Shown here piece by piece: positions 20,983 to 30,117 of a stretch of 64,000 nucleotides of DNA. The notes below the pieces were generated by a model. The model saw nothing but the letters and a program-made list of their open reading frames with translations. It made no database searches and was not told where the DNA came from. The position numbers and the translations under genes are program-made. Origin of the DNA: Myxococcota bacterium (GTDB lineage Bacteria > Myxococcota > B64-G9); contig JAKLGA010000009.1 in assembly GCA_022710975.1 (NCBI GenBank), positions 245,547 through 309,546 on the forward strand, given 5' to 3'. Within the stretch, counting starts at the first letter, position 1, and every line of letters begins with the position of its first letter.

Positions 20983-22260
20983 TCAGTAGACGCAGTTCGG
21001 CGGGGTGGCGGGCTCGGCGGCCCCGTTGGTGACCGCGCTGAGGTGACCGGCGCTGTCCCCGCTGGCGCAGAAGTAGTTCCCGCGGATGTCGCCCTCGTTG
21101 CCGCCGCAGGCGCTGATCCAGCACCGCTTGCCCCCCAGGGTGTCGCCGCAGTCCCCGCTGTCGCAGTCGCGGTCGCTGCCGCAGCCGCTGGCGCAGTCGA
21201 TGCCCCAGTCGTCGTCCGAGCTCCAGGCGCCCATGTCGTGCGGGTCGTTCGCGTCCCAGGCGCGGAAACAGCGCGGCTCGCCGCCGTCGTAGTAGCGCGC
21301 GTTGCGGGCCTTGCACTGGTCCTCGGCGCTCGCCGCCGGCAGGCAGGTGGCGTTCTCGGCGCGCGAGCAGCAGTAGGAGGCGCAGTCGAAGTTGTAGAGG
21401 CAGGCCTGACCGTCCTGGAAGTGCAGGCCGCAGGCGCCGTCCTGGCAGCCGAACACCGCGCCGCAGGCGTGCTCCCGCAGCACGGTCGGATCGAGCTGGC
21501 AGGTGCCGCCGGGCTCGCACTTGCCGTCCCAGGGGCAGTTGACCAGCAGGGTCGGGGAGTCCGCGGCGCAGCGCCGCTCCGGCAGCATGCCGTCCTGATC
21601 GGCCAGGGCGCAGTACAGGTCGCGGCCGACGGCGCCGGCGATCACCCAGCTGTAGGTGATCGGCTGCTGGAACCCCGCGGCCAGGCAGAGGTAGACCGTA
21701 CCGTTGCAGTCCCTGCGCTGGCAGGCGTGCGCGAAGTCGCACGGTCCCAGGCAGCAGAAGCCGTCGGCGCCCAGGTTCTGGCAGGTCTCGCCCGCGCCGT
21801 TGTCGCAGGGCAGGCAGGCCCAGCCGCAGTGGGTCGAGTCCTCGCAGGGCTTGCACTGGTCAGTGGCCTCGTCGCAGTACTGGCTGGGCAGGCAGCCGTC
21901 GGGGCAGGGCGCCCCGTCGGCGCCGTCGGGCTGCTCGTCGGCGCCGTCGGGCTGCTCGTCCGTGCCGTCGGGCTCCTCGTCAGCGCCGTCGGGCTGCTCG
22001 TCGGCGCCGTCGGGCTGCTCGTCCACGCCGTCCGGGCCCGCGTCCCCGTCGTCGGCCGCGTCGGCGTCGGTGCCGTCCGGGCCGCCGTCCGGAGGGGTCT
22101 CGTGTACGCATACGCCGCCGTTGCACACGTGACCCGAGGGGCACCCGCCGCCCGCCGCACAGCTCGTGCCCTCGTAGCTCGGGTGGTACACGCAGCCCGC
22201 CAAGGCCACGGCCAGGCCGGCGACCAGCAACCAGAGCGCGTTGATGCTTCGGTTCCTCAT
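20983..22260 (-). CDS. Cysteine-rich secreted lipoprotein with a 6x DEQPDGA tandem acidic repeat
   Basis: Internal Met MRNRSINALWLLVAGLAVALAGC (lipobox). About 50 Cys. DNA shows 21-bp tandem units at 21915-22045. Confidence 0.7.
   Translation of the reverse strand: MRNRSINALWLLVAGLAVALAGCVYHPSYEGTSCAAGGGCPSGHVCNGGVCVHETPPDGGPDGTDADAADDGDAGPDGVDEQPDGADEQPDGADEEPDGTDEQPDGADEQPDGADGAPCPDGCLPSQYCDEATDQCKPCEDSTHCGWACLPCDNGAGETCQNLGADGFCCLGPCDFAHACQRRDCNGTVYLCLAAGFQQPITYSWVIAGAVGRDLYCALADQDGMLPERRCAADSPTLLVNCPWDGKCEPGGTCQLDPTVLREHACGAVFGCQDGACGLHFQDGQACLYNFDCASYCCSRAENATCLPAASAEDQCKARNARYYDGGEPRCFRAWDANDPHDMGAWSSDDDWGIDCASGCGSDRDCDSGDCGDTLGGKRCWISACGGNEGDIRGNYFCASGDSAGHLSAVTNGAAEPATPPNCVY
21915..22045. 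repeat. 21-bp tandem repeat (about 6 copies, gccgtcgggctgctcgtcggc-like) inside the Cys-rich lipoprotein CDS
   Basis: Read directly in the sequence. Encodes PDGADEQ repeats on the minus strand. Confidence 0.8.
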
Positions 22261-22280
22261 CCTACCTCGCCCCTCGCCAC

Positions 22281-23336
22281 TCAGAATCGGATCGCCGCCC
22301 CTCCGGGCGCGGCCTCCACCACCGGCGCGTCGTCGGCCCCGGGCTCGAGGATGAACAGGACGACCGCAGTGATCGCCGCGGCGCCCGCCACGCCGAACAG
22401 GATGTTGGCCGCCAGCGCCTGGTCGCGGCCGGAGCTGTCGGTGGAGGGATCCCACTGCTGCTCGACCGAGTCCTGCGCGTCCATGGAGGCCAGCCCGAGC
22501 CCCAGGCCGGCCCCGCCGGCCGCCAGGCCGATCCCCAGGCTGATCACCGAGCCGAGGTGGCGGCTGAAGAAGCCGGGCCGCTCGGGCGCCCCGGCCTGCA
22601 CCTCGGCGCCTGGCGCGGCGCCCTCGAGCCGCTCGACCTTGACGTTCCCGCCGTCCGCGATCCCGGGCCCGGGTCCCGGCTCGCGCGCGGGCTCGACGGC
22701 GGGCGCGGGCTCGGCCTTGGGGCCGGGCCGGGTCGGCGCGACCGGCTCGGGCCGGGTGGCCAGCCTGGGCGCGGGCGCGGCGCCCTCCTCGGCGATGGGC
22801 ACCGGCTCGACGTCCCCGTCGAACGTGGCCGCCACCCCGCTGGTCAGGCCGCCCATGAGCAGCTCCGAGACGCTGCCCTCGACCACCGAGTTGAGCTTGG
22901 CCGGGGGCTTGCGCTTGAGATCGATGGACTTCAGCACCAGGCGGTACCCGCTGGCGGTGCGCTGCAGCTCGGCGCCGATCATGCGGTCGGCCTTGAGCAG
23001 CCTGCCGATGGCCAGCAGGCAGGCGTCGCCGCCGTCGCAGCGATCGAGCTCGGGCTGGCCGGCCTCCTTGAGCTCGGTCTTGACCCGCGCGCGCGGGACC
23101 AGGCGGAAGTCGCGGCGCTTGTCGAAGTCCTTGAGCACCTGGGTCTCGACCGCGCGGGCGTCCTCGGCCTTGATGCCCGGACCGGCCGCGAACCAGACCA
23201 CCAGGCGGGGCGCCTTCTCGTCCACCAGCGGGACCACGCCGAAGTCGTCCAGGCCCGGGGCCTCCTGGGCGAGCCCGGTCCCCGCGGCCGCCAGGCAGGC
23301 CAGGCACAGGCTGGCCAGGATTCGCGCGCGCATCAC
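22281..23336 (-). CDS. Secreted/membrane-anchored hypothetical protein (signal peptide, Pro/Ala-rich linker, C-terminal TM)
   Basis: MMRARILASLCLACLAAAGTGLAQ signal. C-terminal hydrophobic helix. Abuts the Cys-rich lipoprotein gene. Confidence 0.6.
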   Translation of the reverse strand: MMRARILASLCLACLAAAGTGLAQEAPGLDDFGVVPLVDEKAPRLVVWFAAGPGIKAEDARAVETQVLKDFDKRRDFRLVPRARVKTELKEAGQPELDRCDGGDACLLAIGRLLKADRMIGAELQRTASGYRLVLKSIDLKRKPPAKLNSVVEGSVSELLMGGLTSGVAATFDGDVEPVPIAEEGAAPAPRLATRPEPVAPTRPGPKAEPAPAVEPAREPGPGPGIADGGNVKVERLEGAAPGAEVQAGAPERPGFFSRHLGSVISLGIGLAAGGAGLGLGLASMDAQDSVEQQWDPSTDSSGRDQALAANILFGVAGAAAITAVVLFILEPGADDAPVVEAAPGGAAIRF

Positions 23337-23447
23337 GGCATCCTCCCGTCCGGCCAGGCTGGATCGCTTGAAGGGACTGCGGGTTGCGCTGGCTGGACCA
23401 GAGGCAGTCTAGCACTCGGGATCGGGGGCATCAAGTGGGGGCGGACG

Positions 23448-23482
23448 CATGGGTCCACCCCTACGGGAACCCGGGCGCCCCC
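23448..23482. repeat. GC-rich stem-loop repeat, copy 1 (GGGGGCGGAC-GCATGG-GTCCACCCC + TACGGGAACC)
   Basis: Inverted repeat read in the sequence. Near-identical copy at 24831. Confidence 0.7.
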
Positions 23483-24046
23483 CCATCCCAGCCTCCACGA
23501 AGTAGCCCCCGCCCTGGGGGGTCCCCCACCGCGCTGCGCGCGTGGGGGAAGGGGTCGCGGCCGGCCGCGGCAGGGCCGCGGGCGGGCCGCGGGCCGCGGG
23601 CTGAGCCCGCGGCCACGATGCCCAGCTGGCGCTGGACTGCTGCGCGGCCCCCTTCGGGGACCGCTTCGCTGCCTCCGGCAAGCCCCCCTTCGGGGGGCTG
23701 GGTTGCCCGCGGATAGGTGCCAGTCGGCTGCATCAGGGGGGGATCGCCCTCCTGCCCTTCACCCCTCGTTGAAATGTCCTGGGCGATCCACACACGGCGG
23801 ATCAGCCAACGCCAGGCGGGCGGTGGGCGACTTCAGCGCGACCAGCTCCGGACCGGGTCGGCTTGCACCTGTGACCCGGCTCGCGGTACAGTCGCCACCA
23901 CCTCGGGCAAGGTGCGGGGGATCGAGGTGCTGGCGTACGAACCCGGCGATCGCACCCAGGCAGCGATCACCTTGAAGATCAGCGAGTAGGCGGACGGTCG
24001 ATCCGTCCGAACGATCCGAACCGTTCGACAAGGGGAGGGAAAGAGA

Positions 24047-24316
24047 ATGAAGACGGCGATCTTCGGTGTCATCATGCTGGTGCTCGGCGGTGTGGCCTAC
24101 CTGTTCCGGGTCGAGTTCGTCAGCCTGGGCATGAGCTCCAGGGAGAGCAACTTCGCGGGCATGGCCATCATGGCCGACGGGGACTACCGGCTGGCCTACG
24201 ACATCCTGACCTACGCCGGCATCGGGGTCGCGGCCCTCGGGCTGATCCTGCTGGTCGTCGGCATCCTCAAGCTCCTCAAGGCCAGAGCACCCGCTCCGCC
24301 CGCGGCGGCAGCCTGA
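24047..24316 (+). CDS. Small two-helix membrane protein (89 aa)
   Basis: Strong SD (GGGGAGGGAAAGAGAATG). Two hydrophobic helices. Sits alone in a repeat-rich non-coding pocket. Confidence 0.65.
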   Translation: MKTAIFGVIMLVLGGVAYLFRVEFVSLGMSSRESNFAGMAIMADGDYRLAYDILTYAGIGVAALGLILLVVGILKLLKARAPAPPAAAA

Positions 24317-24580
24317 CTCTCGCGGGCGCCAGGATCGACTCCACCCGCGCCACGCTTCCTGCCAAAGCCCCCACGCTTCCTGCCGCCCGCTAGGCGGATC
24401 CTCACGGGCGGTCTAACCTCCGCCACGGTTGCGCTGCGTATCCTCACAGGCGTGCCGCACATGCCCACGGGCGGAACAAGCTTCCATCCAGGAGGAACAC
24501 GTCTCTTCGAGGAAGAGGAAGGGAAGATGGACGGTCGGGGCTGGGTCCTCCCACCCGCGCGCGAGCTCGCTGGACAGGCG

Positions 24581-24766
24581 CCAGAAGTCGTCGGCTGGGC
24601 GCCACACATCGCTGCACGCACCCCAGAAGTCGCTGGCTGGGCGCCACACATCGCTGCACGCACCCCAGAGGTCGCCGGCTGGACGCCAGACATCGTTGCA
24701 CGCGCCCCAGAGGTCGTCGGCTGGACTCCAGACATCGCCGCACGCACGCCAGAAGTCGTGGGGACC
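24581..24766. repeat. 42-bp tandem direct repeat, about 4.4 copies (ccagaagtcgtcggctgggcgccacacatcgctgcacgcacc)
   Basis: Four full units with 3-6 substitutions each, then a partial fifth. No spacers, so not CRISPR. Coding status unresolved (14-aa PEVVGWAPHIAART repeats in one frame). Confidence 0.8.
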
Positions 24767-24784
24767 CAGGGCCGATTCTCTGTA

Positions 24785-24808
24785 GGGGCAGACCCACGTG
24801 TCTGCCCC
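24785..24808. repeat. GC-rich stem-loop repeat, copy 2 (GGGGCAGAC-CCACGT-GTCTGCCCC)
   Basis: Same stem architecture as the 23448 and 24831 copies. Confidence 0.6.
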
Positions 24809-24830
24809 AGACCTTGGTCGTCCGTGGTTC

Positions 24831-24863
24831 GGGGCGGACGCATGGGTCCGCCCCTACGGGACC
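24831..24863. repeat. GC-rich stem-loop repeat, copy 3 (GGGGCGGAC-GCATGG-GTCCGCCCC + TACGGGACC)
   Basis: Perfect 9-bp stem with the same loop and 3' tail as copy 1. Confidence 0.75.
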
Positions 24864-24890
24864 AGCGGTCCACAGCCGGGCCGCCGGCGG

Positions 24891-26300
24891 CTACTCCCTG
24901 GACTTGGGCATGGAGCCGGTGCGGGACGAGTAGACCGAGGCGCGGGCCGAGGCCAGGGTCTGGCCGGCCTGGCGGGCGAACAGGATGAGCATCTCGAACT
25001 CGCGCTCGGTGATGGTGCCGAGCTTCTCCGAGCGGTCGATGCCCAGCACCCCCAGCACCTTGTCGCGGTAGGTCATGGGCGCCAGCGCGAAGGGGTTCAG
25101 GCCGATCTTCTTGGCCAGCTCGCGGTTGATGCCCTCGAAGCTCAGCGGGTCGGTCACGTTGAAGGCCTGGTCGTCCAGGGCGCAGCGCGCGGTCAGGCCC
25201 TCCTCCCTGCGCAGCGGGATGTTCACCCGCATGGGCGTTCGCGCGCTCTCCGGGACCCGGCTGTGGTAGGCCACCCGCCGCAGCTTGAGCTCGCCGCCCT
25301 CGGCCACGTACATCAGGGCCCGGTCCAGCTCGAGGCCGGTGACCAGCACCTCGCAGATGCGGTCGACCACCTCCTCCAGGTTGCGGTGGTGCTGGAGCAC
25401 CTCGCTGACCTGGTAGAGCATGCGGAACAGGCCGGCCTGGCGCTCGAGCAGCAGGTTCGACTCCCGGAGCTGGCGGGCCTTCTTGTGCACCTGCCGGATC
25501 AGGAAGCCCGAGGCGCTGGCCACCGCGGCGAAGGCGAAGAAGTTCACCAGCATCATGAGGATGATGTAGCTGCCGCGGTGGGCGAAGTTGTCGAGCGCCA
25601 CGAAGTAGGACACGTGGGGCAGGACGCCGGTGACCACCAGCACCGCGATGGCCGAGTAGACGACGCCGGCCAGCGCCGCCATGGTCATGCCGGCCGCCGG
25701 CCCCACCAGGATGCTGCCGCCGATGATGGGCAGGAAGTACAGGAAGGAGAACGGGCTGGTCACGCCGCCGGTGCGCCACACGTAGGCGGAGAACACCAGC
25801 ACGTCGAGCGCGAGCTGGAGCCAGATGAACTTGCGCAGGTCCCAGCGCTGCCTGCGCAGCTCGAGGAAGTACAGGCCGTTGAGCAGGATGGAGATGACCG
25901 CCACCAGGCCGGTGGACAGCAGCGTCTCGCGCGACAGCGGGCTCGAGCCCCGGGTGATGCCCTGCCAGTTGGTCAGGAACATCAGCACGAACACCGACGG
26001 GTTGACCACGAAACGGACGCGGATGATCCAGGCGATCTTCTTGCGCATCTCCTCGCGCGTGTCGCTGAGATCGAAGTCGATCTCCAGCATCTTCTTGGGG
26101 AGCGCCATGGCCATGTCGCGGGTGCCGGCCAGCAGCACCTCGGTCACCGATTGGCCGCGCGGGCCCTCCGCGCTCGGGGGCGGCGGGGCGTAGCCCGGCG
26201 CGGGGGCGTCCGCCGTGGGGGGCGGGGCGTCCTGCGCGGGCGCTGGCGGGCTGGCGTCCACCGGGGGCGCCGGGCGCTCGGGCTGGGCTTCGTCGGACAT
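24891..26300 (-). CDS. Multi-pass membrane protein with C-terminal GAF-like sensor domain and Pro-rich N-terminus
   Basis: Six or more hydrophobic helices, then LEEVVDRICEVLVTGLELDRALMYVAEGGELKL... (GAF-like). Confidence 0.65.
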   Translation of the reverse strand: MSDEAQPERPAPPVDASPPAPAQDAPPPTADAPAPGYAPPPPSAEGPRGQSVTEVLLAGTRDMAMALPKKMLEIDFDLSDTREEMRKKIAWIIRVRFVVNPSVFVLMFLTNWQGITRGSSPLSRETLLSTGLVAVISILLNGLYFLELRRQRWDLRKFIWLQLALDVLVFSAYVWRTGGVTSPFSFLYFLPIIGGSILVGPAAGMTMAALAGVVYSAIAVLVVTGVLPHVSYFVALDNFAHRGSYIILMMLVNFFAFAAVASASGFLIRQVHKKARQLRESNLLLERQAGLFRMLYQVSEVLQHHRNLEEVVDRICEVLVTGLELDRALMYVAEGGELKLRRVAYHSRVPESARTPMRVNIPLRREEGLTARCALDDQAFNVTDPLSFEGINRELAKKIGLNPFALAPMTYRDKVLGVLGIDRSEKLGTITEREFEMLILFARQAGQTLASARASVYSSRTGSMPKSRE

Positions 26301-26391
26301 GGCTGGAAGGGTAGCCAGCCCTTCCCGGCCCTGTCAATCGCGCCCGGAAAAACCTGTCCTCCGGGGCCCGGGCTGGCGTACTGGTGAGAGG

Positions 26392-27021
26392 ATGGGCAGC
26401 GAAGCCCGTATGCGCACCGAGCTGGCGGTCGAACGCGAGGTGCTGGCGCGGTTCCGGAGCGGCGAGGGCCAGGCCTTCACGGAGGTCATGCGGGCCTACG
26501 CCGGGCTGGTGCGCGCCGTGTCCCGCGGGTTCTTCCGCGACGCCTTCCGCCAGGAGGAGGCCATGCAGGAGATCTGGCTGCTGGCCTACCACCAGCGGGA
26601 GCGCCTGGATCCGGAGCGGCTGGACGAGTTCGAGGGCTGGCTGCGGGTGCTGGCGCGCCGCCGGTGCATCGATCTGCTGCGCCGGGAGCGCCGCATCCAG
26701 GCGCGTGAGACCAGCCAGGACCCCGGGCAGCTCGGCGAGCGGGCCGCGGTCCCGGCCGAGCAGCCGGGCCAGCTCGAGCTCGCGGAGGTGCAGGCCGCTC
26801 TGCAGGAGTTCCAGGCCCGCCTGCGCCCGGCCTGGCGGGCGTTCTTCGAGCTGTGCTTCATCCAGGGCAAGGACTGCGCGGAGGCCGCGCGCCAGCTCGC
26901 CCTGGGCCGCATCCGCTGCAAGTACATGAAGCGGGTCCTGGCCGCCAGGGCGCGCCGCAGCCCGCGGCTCCGCCGGGTCCTGGGGCTGGACGTCGGCGCG
27001 GGAGGGGCTCCCCATGTGTAG
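26392..27021 (+). CDS. ECF-type RNA polymerase sigma factor (sigma-70 family, group 4)
   Basis: Internal Met MGSEARM. Regions 2 and 4 recognizable (EVMRAYAGLVRAV, LAYHQRERLDPE, CKYMKRVLAARARRS). Confidence 0.8.
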   Translation: MGSEARMRTELAVEREVLARFRSGEGQAFTEVMRAYAGLVRAVSRGFFRDAFRQEEAMQEIWLLAYHQRERLDPERLDEFEGWLRVLARRRCIDLLRRERRIQARETSQDPGQLGERAAVPAEQPGQLELAEVQAALQEFQARLRPAWRAFFELCFIQGKDCAEAARQLALGRIRCKYMKRVLAARARRSPRLRRVLGLDVGAGGAPHV

Positions 27022-27889
27022 CCGGGCCGAGATCGATCGCTACCTGCTGGACGGACTTCCCCCCGGGCGGGAGGGCCGCCTGCGCGCCCACCTGGGAGTC
27101 TGCGAGCGCTGCCGCGGTCAGTACGATGAGCTGGTGCGATTGCTGCGCGGCCTGCAGGGCGCGCCCCAGGGCCCGACGGCCGAGGAGCAGGCGCGCCTGG
27201 AGCGGCTGGTGCTCGGCCGGGCGGGGCTGGGCGCTCAGCCCGCATCGGCCGGGCGTGGCTCGTGGCGCGACGGCCTGGTGTGGGCCTCGGGGCTGCGCCT
27301 GGCGGGCCTGGCCGCGGCGGGCCTGGTGCTGGTGCTGGCCCTGGTGTGGTGGCTCGCCCCGGCCGGGCCGCCCGAGCTCGAGGTGGGCGCACCCGGGCAG
27401 TCCCTCGAGGGGACCCGCGAGCTGCACCTCGCCCGCGGTGGCCTGCTGAAGCTCCTGCCGGGCACCCGCGCGCGCCTGATCGACGAGGAGCGCCTCGAGC
27501 TCGAGCAGGGCGTGGTCTGGTGCCAGGTCGACCCCGGGCGGGGCGGCTTCTCGGTGCGCACCCCCCTGGCCGAGGTGCGGGTGGTCGGGACCTCCTTCGT
27601 GGTCGAGGAGCGCGCCGGGCGGTCCACCGAGGTCCGGGTGTTCGAGGGGCAGGTCGAGCTGTCCGCCCGGCTGGCCGGAGGCAGCGTGCGGCTCCGGGCC
27701 GGAGAGCGCTCCGCGGTCCTGCCCGGCCGGACGCCGCCGGAGGTCCGACCCTTCGATCCCCGCGCGGAGCCGATCGACTGGGAGCGGCTGCAGCGCCGGG
27801 GCGAGCAGGCGCTGGAGCGCGCGGGACGCGAGGCCGACAAGACGTTCCACCGCGTGGAGAGAGAGCTCCGCGATCGCCTGCCCCGTTGA
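27014..27889 (+). CDS. Anti-sigma factor: zinc-finger HxxxCxxC N-terminus, one TM helix, FecR-like periplasmic domain
   Basis: AHLGVCERC motif. TM helix. FecR-like (VVGTSFVVEERAGRSTEVRVFEGQVEL). ATG overlaps the sigma factor stop. Confidence 0.75.
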   Translation: MCSRAEIDRYLLDGLPPGREGRLRAHLGVCERCRGQYDELVRLLRGLQGAPQGPTAEEQARLERLVLGRAGLGAQPASAGRGSWRDGLVWASGLRLAGLAAAGLVLVLALVWWLAPAGPPELEVGAPGQSLEGTRELHLARGGLLKLLPGTRARLIDEERLELEQGVVWCQVDPGRGGFSVRTPLAEVRVVGTSFVVEERAGRSTEVRVFEGQVELSARLAGGSVRLRAGERSAVLPGRTPPEVRPFDPRAEPIDWERLQRRGEQALERAGREADKTFHRVERELRDRLPR

Positions 27890-27949
27890 CACCCCGACGA
27901 GATACTCCTAGGATCGCGCAACGATTCCCAGCCAGGGAGCAACGACGCG

Positions 27950-29524
<1,575 letters not shown>

Positions 29525-29549
29525 GCCCCGGGCCCCGAGGTGAAGCGCG

Positions 29550-30098
29550 ATGAGCGAAGCCCCCATCGACCCGGCCCTGGCCGCGGAGGTCGAGATCCTG
29601 GCCCTGCAGCTCGAGGGCCTGTCGTACTACCAGGTGCTCCAGGTGGACCCGCGCGCCAGCGCCGGCCAGGTGCGCTCCGCCTACCACCAGCTCTCGCGGC
29701 AGTACCACCCGGATCGCTACTTCCACCTGCCCGAGTGCTCCTTCAAGGCCCACATCTACAGGATCTCCAAGCGCATCACCGAGGCCTACGTGGTGCTGCG
29801 CGAGCCGGGCAGCCGCGCCCAGTACGACCAGCAGCTGGCCGCGTCGAAGGGCGCCAAGCTGCGCTACACCGAGGAGTCGGCCAAGGCCCAGAAGAAGGCC
29901 AAGGAAGAGGTCACCGGCAAGACCGAGAAGGGCCGCAAGAGCTTCCAGCAGGGGCAGGCCGAGGTGAAGAAGGGCAACTTCCCCGCCGCGGAGCGCGCCT
30001 TCAAGATGGCGCTGGTCTTCGAGCCGGACAACGAGCTGTTCAAGAAGGCCCTGGCGGACGCCCAGAGCAAGATCAAGGTGGACTACACCGTCAAGTAG
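29550..30098 (+). CDS. J-domain co-chaperone (HPD motif) with Lys-rich C-terminal region
   Basis: YYQVLQVDPRASAGQVRSAYHQLSRQYHPDRY. 25 bp downstream of the Hsp70 gene. Confidence 0.8.
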   Translation: MSEAPIDPALAAEVEILALQLEGLSYYQVLQVDPRASAGQVRSAYHQLSRQYHPDRYFHLPECSFKAHIYRISKRITEAYVVLREPGSRAQYDQQLAASKGAKLRYTEESAKAQKKAKEEVTGKTEKGRKSFQQGQAEVKKGNFPAAERAFKMALVFEPDNELFKKALADAQSKIKVDYTVK

Positions 30099-30117
30099 CC
30101 CGCCGCGCCCGCCGGAG

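Noticed and set aside
24581-24766. 42-bp tandem array as a CRISPR locus
   Set aside because: Units are contiguous with no unique spacers. No cas genes nearby.
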